Positions 42,958 through 53,695 of a stretch of 64,000 nucleotides of DNA are shown piece after piece. The stretch is from assembly GCA_963663765.2 (NCBI GenBank), contig CAXXUA010000003.1:416001-480000 (forward strand), read 5' to 3'. The notes beneath the pieces are model-generated. The model was given only the letters and a program-made list of their open reading frames with translations. It ran no database searches and was not told the DNA's origin. How positions within the stretch are numbered: the first letter of the stretch is position 1; each line of letters begins with the position of its first letter. The translations under genes were made by a program, and so were the position numbers. Origin of the DNA: Candidatus Poribacteria bacterium (GTDB lineage Bacteria; Poribacteria; WGA-4E; WGA-3G).

Positions 42958-44229
42958 ATGAAATGTTATCCTAAATATAAAGAGAGTGGCGTGGAGTGTA
43001 TTGGCGAGATACCAAGATATTGGGAAGTAAAACGCTTGAAATACATCGCGGATTTAAACATGGGGCAATCACCACCTTCGGAAGAATACAACAGCGATCA
43101 GTTAGGGACACCCTTCCTTCAGGGAAATGCCGAGTTTGGTTTGCATCATCCGACACCGAAAATCTATTGCCCAACAGCAAAGAAACACGCGAATCCCGGT
43201 GATATTTTGCTGTCAGTCCGCGCACCTGTCGGGGCAATCAACATCGCAAATCAAGAATATGGGATTGGTCGTGGTTTATGTGTAATACGCCCCCAAACGA
43301 ATCAATTTGAACACCTTTATGCTAAGTATTTACTTGCGGTTGTCCGTACTGAGTTACATGTCGTTGCAACCGGCAGCACTTACGAGGCTGTTACAGTAAA
43401 TGAGGTTTCTAATCTTACTTGCGTTGTGCCACCATTTTCTGAGCAGATCCAAATCGCCAACTTCCTTGACCGCAAGACCGAACAGATTGACGAACTCATC
43501 CGCATCAAAAAACGGGTGATAGAACTGCTGCAGGAACAACGTACCGCACTGATAAATCAGGTTGTGACAAAAGGACTTGACCCAAATGTGGAGATGAAAC
43601 CGTCGGGTGTGGAATGGATTGGGGAAATACCAGCGAATTGGGAAGTGAGAAGAAACAAACGCGTTTTTCATGAGAGAGACGATAGGTCAGGGACCGGAGA
43701 CGAAGAATTGCTTACGGTATCACACATAACAGGAGTATCCCCAAGATCAGAAAAGAAGAATGTTGGTATGTTTTTAGCTGGAAATATGGAAGGATATAAA
43801 CTCTGTTCTGCAGGTAATTTAGTTATTAATACGATGTGGGCATGGATGGGTGCATTAGGAATTTCAAATTTTGATGGAATTGTAAGTCCTTCCTATAATG
43901 TATACCAATTAAAAAGTAGTGAATATCTGCCAAAATATTACGATTATCTCTATAGAACTCCAAATCATGTCAACGAAATAATACGTTGGTCAAAAGGTAT
44001 TTGGAGTTCCAGATGGAGATTATATCCTGACGCGTTCTTTAACATGTATACTATAACGCCTACATTTAGAGAACAAACCCAAATCGCAAACTACCTTGAC
44101 CGTAAAACCAAACAGATAGATCACTTGGTAGCCACAGAACAGAAAAAAATTGATCTCCTCAAAGAATACCGACAATCCCTCATCTCCGAAGCGGTGACAG
44201 GCAAGATAGATGTCCGAAACGAGATTTAG
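42958..44229 (+). CDS. hsdS: Type I RM specificity subunit
   Basis: YKESGVECIGEIP, two target-recognition domains, EQxQIANFLD repeats, AVTGKIDV. Confidence 0.93.
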   Translation: MKCYPKYKESGVECIGEIPRYWEVKRLKYIADLNMGQSPPSEEYNSDQLGTPFLQGNAEFGLHHPTPKIYCPTAKKHANPGDILLSVRAPVGAINIANQEYGIGRGLCVIRPQTNQFEHLYAKYLLAVVRTELHVVATGSTYEAVTVNEVSNLTCVVPPFSEQIQIANFLDRKTEQIDELIRIKKRVIELLQEQRTALINQVVTKGLDPNVEMKPSGVEWIGEIPANWEVRRNKRVFHERDDRSGTGDEELLTVSHITGVSPRSEKKNVGMFLAGNMEGYKLCSAGNLVINTMWAWMGALGISNFDGIVSPSYNVYQLKSSEYLPKYYDYLYRTPNHVNEIIRWSKGIWSSRWRLYPDAFFNMYTITPTFREQTQIANYLDRKTKQIDHLVATEQKKIDLLKEYRQSLISEAVTGKIDVRNEI

Positions 44230-44267
44230 CTCCCATCTTGTTATTTTCTGAGTCGGCATGCGATACA

Positions 44268-44911
44268 GGATGTGTAAAGTTTTTGGCAAAAATGGACAGA
44301 AAACTATACAAACCCAAAGTAGCACAATCTGGCAGATTGTGCTACAGACAGAATTCATTGCCATTCTCCGCACAACATACATATTGATAGTACTGTAGCA
44401 GTAGCACATTCATCCTTGATTGTGCTACTTTCTGCAACTACCTTATGCGTCAATTTAAAAGATAAACACAATCTAATAGTAACCTCAGTCCCGTAGGGAC
44501 GATATGTTTATAGATCCTGGTTGAACATCCGTTTCTTTAGTCCCGTAGGGACGATATGTTTATTTTTTTCATTACGATACACATATCGTCCCTACGGGAC
44601 TAAAGAGAGTTGAGACAACGTTTTTCTATAAACATTCCGTCCCTACGGGACTGAAGACGCACCAATAAAAAATTCATTTCCTTAAATTGACGCATAAGGC
44701 AGAATACGCGTTTGCTATTCTGCATTGATTAGGAAATCGCACCTACCGGGTTGGACGTATGCGTATAATTCCTCTTAAATTGACGTCTATAGGTGTGTAA
44801 AGTTATTGTCCCTATAAGTGTCAATTCTCGGATTTCATCAGCTCTTAATAGTAGTAGACACTCTCCGAGTGCCGTCTCTTATGAAAAAAGGTGACAAAAA
44901 CTTTACACACC
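44268..44911. repeat. Composite MITE/REP cluster including 44441-44699
   Basis: ISKra4-type ends, CCTTATGCGTCAATTT termini, four GTAGGGACG REPs, degenerate 32-bp units. Confidence 0.75.
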
Positions 44912-44916
44912 CTGCG

Positions 44917-45543
44917 ATACATATTGCATTGATTTTTCGGTGTTTCTATGCTATACTCTACAAAACGTTGTTTTTAGGGGTTAAGGAGACGGAAGCAGAG
45001 GCGTTGACGCAATCTGGACATCTGTTGGGTTGGTTGCTACGGGTGCTTCAAAAGGAGCATTCGGATGAGACAGAGATAAGCGAAGCACTAACAGATGCCG
45101 TGTCGCATATAGCGTCTGTAGATGAAAACTTTGCACCGCAAGTTGCAGAGGCACTCCGGTATTTTGTGCAGTTGATATTCCACCAGCGTTCCATTAAGGA
45201 GCGTGATGCTTTAGTAGATATTATTAGGCAACACATTCAAGACGATAAGGAGTTAGACACGATGGCACAGACAACAGCTGAGTTTCTCATTGAACAAGGC
45301 AAAGCAGAAGGCAAAGCAGAAGGTAAAGCAGAAGGTAAAGCAGAAGGTAAACAAGACGCGGTCCTCAAACTCCTGCAGATCCGATTTCAAAACGTACCTG
45401 AAACGCTTTCACGTGAAATCAGCAACATCCACAACCTACCGCTCCTCGACACGCTCTTAGAGCAAGCAATGACCGCAGAAAGTTTAGAGGAAATAGGGAC
45501 ACATTTCTCTATGAAGTCCACAAAAAGTAGAAGTTCAATGTAG
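44917..45543 (+). pseudogene. Internally deleted Rpn copy retaining the upstream region and C-terminal part
   Basis: 44917-44967 matches 46768-46818; 44965-45507 matches 47349-47868. Confidence 0.88.
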
Positions 45544-45646
45544 TGCTTGATCAAATTCTATTGGAAGAAAAATCCATATAAGGACAGTGCCCGTTGAAAA
45601 AACTGTTGAGCATGTCGTGTTGAGATTATCCATTTATTGTCTCCGA

Positions 45647-46681
45647 TTAATGATTATTTGGCATGACAAGCACTTTCACTGACCCGTGCTCCTCACGTCC
45701 AGATGCAACAGAAAATGCTTCGGATATATCATCCAACCGGAAGCGATGTGTTATTAACCGACTCGGATCAAGTTTACCTGTGGCGAGTAGATCGATCGCG
45801 ACCTGAAATTCAGTCTTGCTACTGCGTCTACCATAACAGAATGACCATAGGATCGTAAGTTCTTTACTCCGTGCAAACCTTTCAGAAAAAGTGAGTGGCG
45901 CGCCGTGTCCACCGACCATGCAGACACATCCTCTTTTTGCAGCTAACTGTGTTGCTTGTTCTAAGGTATTTGCTTTGCCTCCTACAGCTTCAAAAACGAC
46001 ATCTGCCCCGCATCCATCGCTCCAGTCCATAATCGCTGCTACTGCGTCTGTCTTGTCAACGTTTATTGGGACCGCTCCAACAACTTCGTGGGCAATCTGT
46101 ATCGGTACATCCGGTTTTCCTAAAACAGCTATCGATGTTGCACCTGCTACATCCGCTACTTGTGCAATCGTTAGACCAACAGGCCCACTTCCAATGATAG
46201 CAACACGATCGCCTGGTGAGACCATGGCTCTATTGACAGCATGAACCGCTACGGCATATACTTCTGCTAATGCCCCACCTTCAACCGAAACACTATCAGG
46301 AAGTCTATAAGCGTTTGCAGGAGTCGTTACCGTATACTCTGCAAAACCACCACTCGCGTGTCGTAAGTTAGAGCAGATATTGTAGTATCCGTTTAGGCAT
46401 TCTGAACAGATGTTGCATGGACTGATCGGTTCTATGGCAACGCGAATTCCGGCTGTGTATTGTGTTACATCTTTACCTATTTCAATGATTTCACCTGTTA
46501 GTTCATGCCCACCGATACGTGGTGATTGGGGTTTATCAGGTTGTTGATGATACCCGTGCAGGTCGCTGCCACATATTCCGGCTGCATCAACCTTGACGAG
46601 TAACTGCTCCGGTGTTGGTGTTGGGTCGGGTACTGTTTCGATTCTGATGTCTTTTCCACCATAGAAGAATGCTGCTTTCAT
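45647..46681 (-). CDS. Zn-dependent alcohol dehydrogenase (threonine/sorbitol DH-like)
   Basis: GICGSDLH, GHE, CNICSECLNGYYNIC and GSGPVG motifs. Confidence 0.92.
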   Translation of the reverse strand: MKAAFFYGGKDIRIETVPDPTPTPEQLLVKVDAAGICGSDLHGYHQQPDKPQSPRIGGHELTGEIIEIGKDVTQYTAGIRVAIEPISPCNICSECLNGYYNICSNLRHASGGFAEYTVTTPANAYRLPDSVSVEGGALAEVYAVAVHAVNRAMVSPGDRVAIIGSGPVGLTIAQVADVAGATSIAVLGKPDVPIQIAHEVVGAVPINVDKTDAVAAIMDWSDGCGADVVFEAVGGKANTLEQATQLAAKRGCVCMVGGHGAPLTFSERFARSKELTILWSFCYGRRSSKTEFQVAIDLLATGKLDPSRLITHRFRLDDISEAFSVASGREEHGSVKVLVMPNNH

Positions 46682-46853
46682 TATATTTTTTCCACACTTA
46701 GAAAGAATCTGTATAAAGCATAACACATCTGAGAGGTTACGTCAATAACGGTTTTGTTGGTGCTGCAATACAAATTGCATTGATTTTTCAGTGCTTCTAT
46801 GCTATACTCTGCAAAACGTTTTTTCTTCACCTATTATTAAAGTATAGATATCT

Positions 46854-47885
46854 ATGCACAAGACACAAGATACACCGATTGAACACTTCCCTGACCGTAG
46901 TCTTAGACGCTTGCTGCAAGATGGGGAATATGTACGGGGGTTAGTCCAAATTGTTGCCCCCGACATTGAGGTGTTTCTCGACTTCAGCAGGATCACATAC
47001 GAGAAAAGAAGTTTTATCTCTAAAGCACTGCAAGAACGCGAGTCGGATGTGCTACTGAGTGTTCCATTTCAAGAAGACACCGATGCGCTGCTCATCTATA
47101 TCCTCATTGAACATCAATCTACAGTGGATAAAACGATGGGGTTTCGGTTATTGTCCTACATGGTGCAAATCTGGGAGTCGCAACGGCGTGAATGGGAAAG
47201 GGAGAAGTTACCTGAAAATGAAAGACGTTTACAACCGATTCTGCCAATCCTGTTTTATACGGGCGACCGTCCGTGGACAGTGCCAGTGTCCCTGGCGACG
47301 ATCATGGATGTTCCTGAAATCTTGGAGCGTTTCGTCCCAAGTTTCGATACGTTGTTTTTAGGGGTTAAGGAGATGGAAGCAGAGGCGTTGACGCAATCCG
47401 GACATCTGTTGGGTTGGTTGCTACGGGTGCTTCAAAAGGAGCATTCGGATGAGACAGAGATAAGCGAAGCACTAACAGATGCCGTGTCTCATTTAGCATC
47501 AGTAGATGAGGATTTCACCCCGCAAATTGCGGAGGCACTCCGGTATTTTGTGCAGTTGATATTCCACCAGCGTTCTCTTGACGAACGCGATGCGTTAGTA
47601 GATATTATTAGACAACACATTCACGACCATAAGGAGTTAGACACGATGGCACAGACAACAGCTGAGTTTCTCATTGAACAAGGCAAAGCAGAAGGCAGAG
47701 CAGAAGGTAAACAGGACGCGGTCCTCAAACTCCTGCAGATCCGATTTCAGAACGTACCTGAAACGCTTTCACGTGAAATCAGCAACATCCACAACCTACC
47801 GCTCCTCGACACACTCTTAGAGCAAGCAATGACCGCAGAAAGTTTAGAGGAAATAGGGACACATTTCTCCACCAAGTCCACCTGA
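46854..47885 (+). CDS. Rpn family PD-(D/E)xK nuclease (transposase_31-like)
   Basis: RESDVL, IYILIEHQS, MGFRLLSYM, PILFYTG motifs; EQGKAEG tail. Confidence 0.88.
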   Translation: MHKTQDTPIEHFPDRSLRRLLQDGEYVRGLVQIVAPDIEVFLDFSRITYEKRSFISKALQERESDVLLSVPFQEDTDALLIYILIEHQSTVDKTMGFRLLSYMVQIWESQRREWEREKLPENERRLQPILPILFYTGDRPWTVPVSLATIMDVPEILERFVPSFDTLFLGVKEMEAEALTQSGHLLGWLLRVLQKEHSDETEISEALTDAVSHLASVDEDFTPQIAEALRYFVQLIFHQRSLDERDALVDIIRQHIHDHKELDTMAQTTAEFLIEQGKAEGRAEGKQDAVLKLLQIRFQNVPETLSREISNIHNLPLLDTLLEQAMTAESLEEIGTHFSTKST

Positions 47886-47955
47886 GACGATGACTTGAAG
47901 TTACGTGATACTATGATTCAGCAGCAACCCTCATCTGCTTATCGAGGCGTAGACC

Positions 47956-50934
47956 ATGCAGACGTATACAGAAGAAAATTTTGAAGAACACATTGAAGCA
48001 CACTTAAATCAGTCAGGTTACCGAACACGGCAATATACCGTCTATAATAGAAGTCACTGTTTAATACATGTGGATTTACTGCAGTTTATTCAGGGGACGC
48101 AACTAAAAGAATATCAGAAATTGGAACGTCAACACGGTGACAATACACCTATTAAACTTATAGAACGTGTTAGCAAAGAAATTAAAAATCGTGGTGTGTT
48201 GAACGTGTTGCGAAACGGAGTTAAAGACAGAGGTTGTTACTTTGACTTGACCTATTTTCAACCGTCAAGTGGCATGAACCCTACTCAAGAAGAACGTTAC
48301 GGTCAGAACCGATTCTCTCTGATTCGGCAGCTTAGGTATTCACAACAGAATGAGAAATCGCTTGATATGGTGTTGTTCCTCAACGGTTTACCGTTAGTGA
48401 CAATGGAGCTGAAAAACAGCCTTACTGGTCAGACGGTTGCAGATGCAGAGAAACAGTATCGGACAGATCGGGATCCGAGAGAACCGTTGTTCCAATTCAA
48501 ACGTTGTCTGGTGCATTTCGCGGTGGGTAACGAGAAGGTTACCATGACAACGCGATTACAGGCTGATAAGACGCGATTCTTTCCGTTCAATAAAGGCATT
48601 GAAAACCCAGTCAACCGTAAAGGTCACAAAACTGCTTATTTGTGGGAGGATATCCTGCAACCCGATAACCTAATGGAGTTAATCAACAACTTTATCCATG
48701 AACAAGAGATCGTTGACAAGGTATATGATTCCAGAAGTGGCAACGTGGTAGATAAAAAGCGAAAAGTGCTGATCTTCCCACGATACCATCAGCTTGATGT
48801 TATTCGGAAACTGAAAGCGGCTATTGTAAAAGAAGGCGTTGGACACAAATACCTCATCCAACACACCACAGGCAGCGGGAAGTCAAACTCTATTGCATGG
48901 TTAGCACACTTGTTGACACATCTTTACCTATCTGTAACGGATACACATCGTATCTTCGATTCAGTTATTGTAGTGACAGATCGACGTTTACTTGACAAGC
49001 AACTGCAGGACACAATCAAGCAGGTAGGACAAGTTGATGGTGTCGTTCATGCTGTTCAAAAGAATTCAGCACAACTCAGGGGCTTCCTTGAATCTGGCAA
49101 AAGCATCATCATTTCTACTATACAGAAGTTCACTGTGATAGCCAAAGAGATTGGCAAACTAAAAGGCAAGACTTTTGCAGTCATTATTGATGAAGCACAC
49201 TCCTCACAAAGTGGGGAATCTGCGCGAAATCTAAGAGTATCACTTTCACAAGGGATTGAAAGAGCGGAAACAGACGAAGATGATGAAGTTGAAGTATCGG
49301 ATATAGATGCACGGATTATTGAGGAGATGGAACAACGTAGAATGCAGGATCATATCTCCTATTTCGGTTTCAGTGGCACACCGAAAAACAAGACATTAGA
49401 GTTGTTTGGACGCAAAAATGAAGAAGGTAGTTTTGTGCCATTTCATGTATATTCCATGCGTCAGAGCATCAGCGAAGGTTTCACGCTCGACGTGTTGCAG
49501 AACTATACCACCTATAAGAGATACTTCCAATTGGTAAAAAGTGTGCAAGAGGATAGAGAATTTGAAAGGACTCGGACGTTACGCGCACTGACCAATTACG
49601 TTGACCTACAACCCCATAGCATTGAAAAGAAAACACAGATTATCATGGAACACTTCATTGAACATACAGAAAAGACGATAGAAGGTAAGGGACGGGCAAT
49701 GTTAGTCACACCGTCCCGATTGCACTGCGTTAGATACAAGCAGGAATTTGATAAGCAGATACGTGAGAAGAATCTTCCTTATGGGTGCTTGGTCGCGTTT
49801 AGTAATACAGTCCTCGACACTGATAATGGTGTAGACCATACGGAAAACACCATGAACGACTTACCAATAAGAACTTCAATTGCAGATGCCTTCAAGAGTC
49901 CTGAATACCGTATTCTGATAGTCGCAAGTAAGTTTCAGACAGGTTTTGATGAACCAATGCTACAGACGATGTATGTTGATAAGAAGTTAGACGGTCTGCA
50001 GTGCGTCCAAACTCTGAGTAGACTGAACCGCGTTGCTAACGGAAAGACAGATGTCCTGGTACTTGATTTTGTGAATGAACCTGACCAAGTGCAAGAAGCA
50101 TTTCAAGAATACTATCAAACAACAATTCTCGCAGAGGAAACTGACCCGAATCGGTTGTATGACCTCCAAAGTCAATTAGATGGTTTTGACCTTTACGTCG
50201 AGGAAACCATTGAGAATTTTTGCAGTATCGTTTATAATGATGAAAGACCTGACGAATTGCTGCAGGGAATCCTTGATAATGTTGTTGAGCGGTGGACTGA
50301 GCTTGAAACAGAACATAGAGAGGATTTCCGTTCAACTTTACAAAGTTATATTCGCCTTTATGGATATATCTCACAGTTGATTACGTTCAACGATGTAGCA
50401 TTGGAAAAATTGTATATCTTTGGTCGGTACATCAACAAGAAACTACCGAAGCGGGAACACCCAGACCTGAATGATTTGTTAGATTCTGTTGACTTAGATT
50501 CGTTTAGGGTACAAAGAAGGCATGAAAGTCAACGACTCTCTCTTGAGGAAAGGGATAGCGAAGTAGAAGGGATTGGTAGTGGTGTCGGCACCGTCAGAGA
50601 ACCTGAGCAGGATTTTCTCTCTAATATTATACGATCTTTGAATGATGCATACCAAACTAATTTTACTGACGAAGATAGGGTTGACATTGAAACCATTCAC
50701 CGAAAAGTGAACGAAAACGAAGAACTGCGGCAAGTGATTGAAGGCGATAACACAGAGCATAACAAAAGGTATATGTTTGATCAGGTGATTAATGAGATTT
50801 TATTGGAATTTGTCAACAGCAAACTGGAACTCTACACGAAATTATCAACACCAGAGATCAATGCCAATCTCAAGCAACATCTGTATAGAGTCTATTGTAA
50901 TCAGATGTCATCTGCTTCACAAAGCAGTGATTAG
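47956..50934 (+). CDS. hsdR: Type I RM restriction subunit
   Basis: DMVLFLNGLPLVTMELKN, HTTGSGKS, DEAH, GFSGTP, FQTGFDEP and QTLSRLNR motifs. Confidence 0.95.
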   Translation: MQTYTEENFEEHIEAHLNQSGYRTRQYTVYNRSHCLIHVDLLQFIQGTQLKEYQKLERQHGDNTPIKLIERVSKEIKNRGVLNVLRNGVKDRGCYFDLTYFQPSSGMNPTQEERYGQNRFSLIRQLRYSQQNEKSLDMVLFLNGLPLVTMELKNSLTGQTVADAEKQYRTDRDPREPLFQFKRCLVHFAVGNEKVTMTTRLQADKTRFFPFNKGIENPVNRKGHKTAYLWEDILQPDNLMELINNFIHEQEIVDKVYDSRSGNVVDKKRKVLIFPRYHQLDVIRKLKAAIVKEGVGHKYLIQHTTGSGKSNSIAWLAHLLTHLYLSVTDTHRIFDSVIVVTDRRLLDKQLQDTIKQVGQVDGVVHAVQKNSAQLRGFLESGKSIIISTIQKFTVIAKEIGKLKGKTFAVIIDEAHSSQSGESARNLRVSLSQGIERAETDEDDEVEVSDIDARIIEEMEQRRMQDHISYFGFSGTPKNKTLELFGRKNEEGSFVPFHVYSMRQSISEGFTLDVLQNYTTYKRYFQLVKSVQEDREFERTRTLRALTNYVDLQPHSIEKKTQIIMEHFIEHTEKTIEGKGRAMLVTPSRLHCVRYKQEFDKQIREKNLPYGCLVAFSNTVLDTDNGVDHTENTMNDLPIRTSIADAFKSPEYRILIVASKFQTGFDEPMLQTMYVDKKLDGLQCVQTLSRLNRVANGKTDVLVLDFVNEPDQVQEAFQEYYQTTILAEETDPNRLYDLQSQLDGFDLYVEETIENFCSIVYNDERPDELLQGILDNVVERWTELETEHREDFRSTLQSYIRLYGYISQLITFNDVALEKLYIFGRYINKKLPKREHPDLNDLLDSVDLDSFRVQRRHESQRLSLEERDSEVEGIGSGVGTVREPEQDFLSNIIRSLNDAYQTNFTDEDRVDIETIHRKVNENEELRQVIEGDNTEHNKRYMFDQVINEILLEFVNSKLELYTKLSTPEINANLKQHLYRVYCNQMSSASQSSD

Positions 50935-50957
50935 GAAAGGTTAGAAGTAGCAATACT

Positions 50958-52445
50958 ATGGCACAGAACTCAACAAACACCGCATTTTATCGAGATATCC
51001 GCTTTTTAAAAGTACTCTTCCAGATACTTTTCCTTCTCGGAGTCGCCGCATTGGCGGGTTTTTTCTACGCAAACATGATAAAGGGACTTAGTGACCAAGG
51101 CCATCCACTCAGTCTCTCCTTTTTGGATAATGAAGCTGGGTTTGAAATCTCCGAAGGTATTGATTTTGAAGCATCAGATTCATATTTAAAAGCATTTTGG
51201 GTGGGTGTAGTAAATACGCTAAGGGTTAGTATTTTAGGTATCGTTTGTGCAACGGTATTAGGATTTATATTCGGCGTTGCTCGATTATCCACCAACTGGT
51301 TAATCCGAAGCATCGCGGCTGTTTACGTAGAGATATTTCGCAACGTACCCCTATTGCTACAGATTTTGTTCTGGTATGCCATCACACAAACGCTACCAAG
51401 AATCGCAGAAAGTATTTCATTTATTGATACTATATTCATAAACGTACGTGGTATATATCTACCCACAATTGCTGTGAGTGATGGTTTTTCCTCGTGGTTG
51501 TGGTATCTGCTTTCGGGTGTAGGTCTGGCGATAATTATTGTTTTCTGTTTTGCTGTATTTCGACTTCTTTTTGGTTCAAAAGAGGTACAACAAACATACC
51601 GTTCAGCCTTTGTATCCAATACCATTTTTGGAGCGAAGTGGTTTGCTGCACCTGTTTTTTTGATAGTTGCTATTGCGGGGTGGTTCCTATCACCAGGGCA
51701 ACCACTTCAAATCACAAACGTAAGTGGTATATTTCTACCCACAATTGCTGTGAGTGATGGTTTTTCCTCGTGGTTGTGGTATCTGCTTGCGGGTGTAGGT
51801 CTGGCGATAATTTTTGTAATCTGTTTTGCTGTATTTCGACTTCTTTTTGGTTCAAAAGAGGTACAACAAACAGACCGTTCATCCTTTGTATCCAATACCA
51901 TTTTTGGAGCGAAGTGGTTTGCTGCACCTGTTTTTTTGATAGTTGCTATTGCGGGGTGGTTCCTATCACAAGGGCAACCACTTCAAATCATACGACCGGA
52001 GATACAAGGATTTAACTTTGTCGGTGGGATAAATTTCACACCAGAATTCTTGGCACTCTTAGTTGGTCTTGCTGTCTATACAAGCGCATACATTGCGGAA
52101 GTGGTGAGGAGCGGTATACAAGCAGTGGTAAAGGGACAGCGAGAGGCAGCCAGATCAGTAGGATTGAATCAAGTACAAGAACTTATATTGGTTGTGATAC
52201 CCCAAGCCATACCGATTATTGTACCACCACTCACCAGTCAATATCTGAACCTTGCGAAAAACTCCAGTCTGGCAATTGCCATTGGATTCTTAGACTTATT
52301 CCACGTTGGACGAAGAATGATTGCTCAGACCGGACAGACAATCCCTATTTTCGGTATGATTATGGTGAGTTATCTGATAATGAGTTTAACAACATCAGCT
52401 CTCATGAATTGGTATAATCGCCGTATTACACGATATGGACGATAG
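50958..52445 (+). CDS. aapQ: Amino-acid ABC permease with an internal 92-aa duplication
   Basis: GVVNTLRVS, YVEIFRNVPLLLQ, AEVVRSGIQAVVKGQREAA and YLNLAKNSSLA motifs. Confidence 0.9.
   Translation: MAQNSTNTAFYRDIRFLKVLFQILFLLGVAALAGFFYANMIKGLSDQGHPLSLSFLDNEAGFEISEGIDFEASDSYLKAFWVGVVNTLRVSILGIVCATVLGFIFGVARLSTNWLIRSIAAVYVEIFRNVPLLLQILFWYAITQTLPRIAESISFIDTIFINVRGIYLPTIAVSDGFSSWLWYLLSGVGLAIIIVFCFAVFRLLFGSKEVQQTYRSAFVSNTIFGAKWFAAPVFLIVAIAGWFLSPGQPLQITNVSGIFLPTIAVSDGFSSWLWYLLAGVGLAIIFVICFAVFRLLFGSKEVQQTDRSSFVSNTIFGAKWFAAPVFLIVAIAGWFLSQGQPLQIIRPEIQGFNFVGGINFTPEFLALLVGLAVYTSAYIAEVVRSGIQAVVKGQREAARSVGLNQVQELILVVIPQAIPIIVPPLTSQYLNLAKNSSLAIAIGFLDLFHVGRRMIAQTGQTIPIFGMIMVSYLIMSLTTSALMNWYNRRITRYGR
51440..51990 (+). 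repeat. 276-bp in-frame tandem duplication
   Basis: 51440-51715 closely matches 51716-51990. Confidence 0.95.
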
Positions 52446-52472
52446 AGGAAGACCTGAAAAAAGGAACAAAAA

Positions 52473-53663
52473 GTGGAAAATCTCACATTTACACAGGAAA
52501 TTAAACCACCAAGTACCAAGAAAAGCCCTTTACGATGGCTAAAGGATAACCTGTTTAGTAATTGGTATAATACCCTTTTAACACTCTTTACCATTGTACT
52601 TCTATACTTCCTATTCAAAAGTGTTTTTACTTGGGTGTTTACGCAGGCACAATGGGCAGTTATCCCTGCAAACTTGCAGATACTTTCTGTCGGTTCATAT
52701 CCAAGAGAGCATCTATGGCGAGTTGCTTATGTTATTTATGTACTTGCTGTTCTAATGGGACTGAGTGCGGGTATTTGGAAGGGGTTAAACCAACAAATTA
52801 CTTTTGCTATTGCTTGCATCGGTGCGGTCATAACACTGTTGCCTATAAATGTTAATACTTCTGTCCGAGAAACAGCAGTCATAGCAACTACACTGATAGC
52901 AGTTTCTTATGTACTTGGTCGAGATCGACAAAATTTGAAGCGATGGGTTATTATAGGTTGGGTACTCATGTTTCCCTGGATGATGTTCATGCTGCATGGA
53001 TTTGGTGAAAATTCCATCTCAACGTTAAATTGGGGTGGGTTGCTCCTAACACTAATCCTGGCAGTTGTTGGTATTGTTGCATGCTTTCCAATTGGAGTAC
53101 TGTTGGCACTCGGTCGGCGAAGTCGACTACCCGCAATTAGATGGGTTTCGATAGTATATATTGAGGTTGTGCGCGGAATGCCGTTGGTAACCATACTCTT
53201 TATGGGAAGTCTCATGTTACCGATTTTTTTGCCTGGAGGTTTTCAACTTGACAAAGTTTTACGTGCAATGATCGCACTAACGCTTTTCTCAGCGGCTTAT
53301 ATGGCAGAGAATGTACGTGGCGGACTTCAAGCAGTTCCGAGAGGACAATACGAAGCCGCACAAGCCGTTGGACTCTCCTACCCCAAAACGATGACGTTTA
53401 TCGTTCTACCGCAAGCACTCAGATCTGTTATACCCGCTATTGTAGGACAGTTCATCGCGCTCTTTAAAGATACATCATTGGTATCAATCATCGCACTGTC
53501 TGAACTATTGGGGGTGTCAGATAACATTCTCGGCAATCCTAACTGGACTGGACTTAAACCGGAATTATATCTATTTATCGCTGTGATATATTTTATATTT
53601 ACTTTCGCAATGTCCTATGTAAGCCAGATTGTTGAAGCAGATTTAGGAGTCGGAAAGCATTAG
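52473..53663 (+). CDS. aapM: Amino-acid ABC permease
   Basis: WLKDNLFS, WGGLLLTL, AENVRGGLQAVPRGQYEAA and FKDTSLV motifs. Confidence 0.92.
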   Translation: MENLTFTQEIKPPSTKKSPLRWLKDNLFSNWYNTLLTLFTIVLLYFLFKSVFTWVFTQAQWAVIPANLQILSVGSYPREHLWRVAYVIYVLAVLMGLSAGIWKGLNQQITFAIACIGAVITLLPINVNTSVRETAVIATTLIAVSYVLGRDRQNLKRWVIIGWVLMFPWMMFMLHGFGENSISTLNWGGLLLTLILAVVGIVACFPIGVLLALGRRSRLPAIRWVSIVYIEVVRGMPLVTILFMGSLMLPIFLPGGFQLDKVLRAMIALTLFSAAYMAENVRGGLQAVPRGQYEAAQAVGLSYPKTMTFIVLPQALRSVIPAIVGQFIALFKDTSLVSIIALSELLGVSDNILGNPNWTGLKPELYLFIAVIYFIFTFAMSYVSQIVEADLGVGKH

Positions 53664-53695
53664 GAATTTGTTATGATTGAAGGAGGAATTAGAAA

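Noticed and set aside
44818-44964. 5' extension of ORF 44818-45543; likewise 21372-21542, 59080-59175 and 15664-15888
   Set aside because: These run through MITE or promoter sequence; for 21372 and 59080 better SD-led starts exist downstream
44965-47868. Duplications (Rpn copy, aapQ repeat, 1-kb repeats) as diversity-generating retroelement template/variable pairs
   Set aside because: No reverse transcriptase in the window, and mismatches are not confined to adenines
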